A stretch of DNA of 63,412 nt, the filler included, from Neoconidiobolus thromboides FSU 785 (Eukaryota; Fungi; Entomophthoromycota): the NCBI GenBank assembly GCA_025603075.1. It is 6 parts of 6 records of this genome, joined end to end, with 100 filler letters (N's around TTAATTAATTAA, not from the genome) between each part and the next. Parts side by side here need not be neighbours in the genome. Positions count along the whole stretch, not along the records: positions 59,031 to 61,290 come from MU626861.1; positions 61,391 to 63,412 come from MU626890.1; 4 more parts are not named here. One strand, written 5' to 3'. The first letter of the stretch is position 1. Each line of letters opens with the position of its first letter. The translations under genes and the position numbers were made by a program. The notes below the pieces were generated by a model, which ran no database searches, was not told the DNA's origin, and saw nothing but the letters and a program-made list of their open reading frames with translations. Shown in pieces: positions 61,120 to 63,412 of the stretch.

Positions 61120-61290
61120 TTATTTAGATTCATCAGAGTTGTGTGAGCTAGACTTACTTGGACTTTTCCTCAAATATTTTGATTTAACAATGAAAGATGA
61201 GGGAACATCGTCCTCAATATCGTTTTCATCAGCACCAATTACTTGGCATATTTCTTTAATACAAGGAAATAAAGCAAGTTTGTTTGGTTT
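61120..61290 (-). CDS. 3' end of an unidentified gene cut by the gap (KPNKLALFPCIKEICQVIGADENDIEDDVPSSFIVKSKYLRKSPSKSSSHNSDESK*)
   Basis: A 57-codon frame, stop included, runs from the gap edge to TAA, with higher GC than its flanks. It is absent from the ORF track. Confidence 0.4.
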   Translation of the reverse strand, partial: KPNKLALFPCIKEICQVIGADENDIEDDVPSSFIVKSKYLRKSPSKSSSHNSDESK

Positions 61291-61390
61291 NNNNNNNNNN
61301 NNNNNNNNNNNNNNNNNNNNNNNNNNNNNNNNNNTTAATTAATTAANNNNNNNNNNNNNNNNNNNNNNNNNNNNNNNNNNNNNNNNNNNN
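61291..61390. other. Artificial contig linker
   Basis: N44-TTAATTAATTAA-N44. Confidence 0.95.
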
Positions 61391-61485
61391 TGCAGTGAGG
61401 ATTTTTTAAAAGCTACCCTCCAGCTAAGATATTCCTCGAATCAACTTTAGTATTTTAATTTGAATCAAGTTATTTTCAATAGTTA
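61391..61485 (+). repeat. Left arm of a perfect 95-bp inverted repeat bounding the last contig
   Basis: TGCAGTGAGG...CAATAGTTA is the exact reverse complement of 63318-63412. Confidence 0.95.
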
Positions 61486-63317
61486 TACTTGCTAAATTTA
61501 TTTAGTATAATAAGTTGAAATTATAAAAAATGATTGGCTTTTAGTTAAAAAAACAATATTATAATTATCTTTTAATTATAATATAAGATAGAAGGTTATT
61601 TTACCAAAAAAAAGTTGATAAAATAAACCCCGGCTACTTGAATGGAAATCATAATGGAATAGACATCACAATTGAATCAGATGATACTTATACTTGAAGG
61701 AAATGAAACTAATAAAAGTATTTTCAAGATGGGAGGGGGTATTAAAGCAATTAAACTATTTTCACATAAGTTAATTTTTAGACGAGTTAGCCAAAAAACA
61801 GGGTTTAAAAAGGTAAAAAAGGAAAGGCTTTTTAGAGGTGTTCGTTTTTTACTCTGTTAGCCCGCCCCGGTGGTATATTGAATAAATCAATAACTATAAC
61901 TTTTATTGCTTTAATTTCTAATTCTTAAAGAAAAGTTTATCAAAAAAGTATGGAAAGACATAAAGATAATGAGTTACTTGGTATTCTCCAAGGGGGGTTT
62001 AATATTGAAAAGCAAAACTAATGTTGTAATAAGACCCAATCACAGAACTCAAAAGCCAAATCAAATCATTGGAAAAGAAGATTAAAAGCGAAACTATTGT
62101 AGACAAAATATAAATAGTATGATAAGTATTAAAAGAGTTGGCCACAATCCTGGGGTATCAAACATCATAATATATATAATGGCTTCAAAAAGCTTTATTG
62201 TAAAAAAAGTGTAAAATAAAGTGAAGATTATAAACTGTAAAGATTCAAGCCACAAAACAAAAGGTAAACATAAAAAACAAGATAAAGAAAGGGCTGTTAA
62301 AGATTATAGTTATGAGTGCATTACTGACAAAATGCTATTTAATTTAGTCTTGAACAATTAAAGATAAATTGGATAAACAATGGGAGAAAATTATTAACGT
62401 CAATACAGCAAGAATAGATCAAATTAAAAATCGAATAGATTAGTTTGTAAATAGCTGTACTGAAGGCACTAAAATAAAGTGTCTAAAAATTGGAATAATA
62501 AAGATACTATTTATTAGAACGTTGGCTTTATGTAGACAAGAGGAAAAAGTTAATTTCTGATAAGTTTTAGTTAATTTTTGTAGATGGGAGGAGTCATATG
62601 CTTTAAGAACATACTATAATGGATTTTTGTATCTATAAAAAGATATAAAAAGGATAATTTTAGTTTCTAAATCTACAAAACAAATACTAGTGTAAATCAA
62701 TATTGTAGTACTTTCGGAATCAAAAATAAGAGAGCATAGTAAATTAATTGATGAATCGAAATTATATCAGATCAGATAAAGATAAATAATTTCATGATTT
62801 CATGAATTGATTACTAAAAACAAAGAAAAATGTGTTACATTTTTGACAATGCTAGACTAGAACACTTATTTTAGATGAAGGGGAGGGAGGGAATTGGGTT
62901 AGGAGAAGAAAAAATGAATATCACATGGTGGAGCTTACAGTATTATAATTAATTGCCTCGGGTATAGTAGTCGTCCCTTTTTAAATTTCGTGGAATTATA
63001 TTTTAATGGATTTAAAGCCAAGATAGTAAAATAGCTGTAGGTTGGGTTGTAGCCCAAAATAAAAGGTAATTAAAAACACTCTTACAAGCCGAAAAAGTTA
63101 GGAGAACATTGCTCATATTATTTTAAGCATACAAAAAAGTTTATTTCCTCGTGTAGTAGTGATATTGATGCATATGTTTATAGTAATATTTATGATCCAA
63201 CAGAATCGAATCAAAAAAATAGACTTGAATTAAACTACTAAAGAATATTCGTATGATGATGAATAAAATAAATGTAAAAAAATATTACTTTAAGTTTTTT
63301 TACATTAATAGTAGCAT

Positions 63318-63412
63318 TAACTATTGAAAATAACTTGATTCAAATTAAAATACTAAAGTTGATTCGAGGAATATCTTAGCTGGAGGGTAGCTTTTAAAAA
63401 ATCCTCACTGCA
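63318..63412 (-). repeat. Right arm of the perfect 95-bp inverted repeat
   Basis: TAACTATTG...CCTCACTGCA ends exactly at the window end. Confidence 0.95.

Noticed and set aside
29505-61346. Repeated TTAATTAATTAA (PacI-like) motif
   Set aside because: It is always centred in exactly 88 Ns, so it is an assembly linker. ORF ends containing X are artefacts.
61960-62300. LLGILQGGFNI read as a non-LTR retrotransposon AP-endonuclease GDFN motif
   Set aside because: The key Asp is missing, the frame is short and no SDH motif follows; too weak to call.
1-63412. tRNA, rRNA and telomere repeats
   Set aside because: By eye I saw no T-loop GTTCRA cloverleaf context, rRNA-like conserved blocks or TTAGGG arrays. 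tRNAscan-SE or Infernal would be needed to exclude them fully.

Overview
This is an AT-rich eukaryotic window, most likely from an early-diverging fungus. A Conidiobolus/Entomophthoromycotina-type genome is my inference from the low GC, the 45-65 nt GT-AG introns, the fused ATP-citrate lyase and the class-A-like 7TM genes; I did not confirm it. The window is six contigs joined by five artificial 100-nt linkers (N44-TTAATTAATTAA-N44). Conserved genes, mostly multi-intron: tricalbin, ABC1/ADCK1-type kinase, OCA6-like, SEN34, VTS1, a GH47-fold protein, SMC2, COQ7, MVP1 and ATP-citrate lyase. Intronless genes: two divergent SulP transporters, two rhodopsin-family-like 7TM receptors, a bacterial-looking PLP aminotransferase, a CFEM-like GPI protein and a 623-aa orphan. 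Structure the ORF track does not show: (1) a ~100-bp TA-flanked MITE family at 18 loci, including one insertion that interrupts a secreted-protein exon, a near-identical inverted twin and a head-to-head fusion; (2) a 464-bp solo LTR (TGTGAAAT...ATTTCACA, 4-bp TSD) with two partial copies; (3) a GH47 gene with an intact frame but most catalytic and Ca2+-binding residues replaced, a candidate pseudoenzyme or lectin; (4) a final 2-kb contig bounded by perfect 95-bp inverted repeats. I found no rRNA, tRNA or CRISPR features. Exon boundaries were read by eye and gene symbols rest on motif recognition, not database searches.
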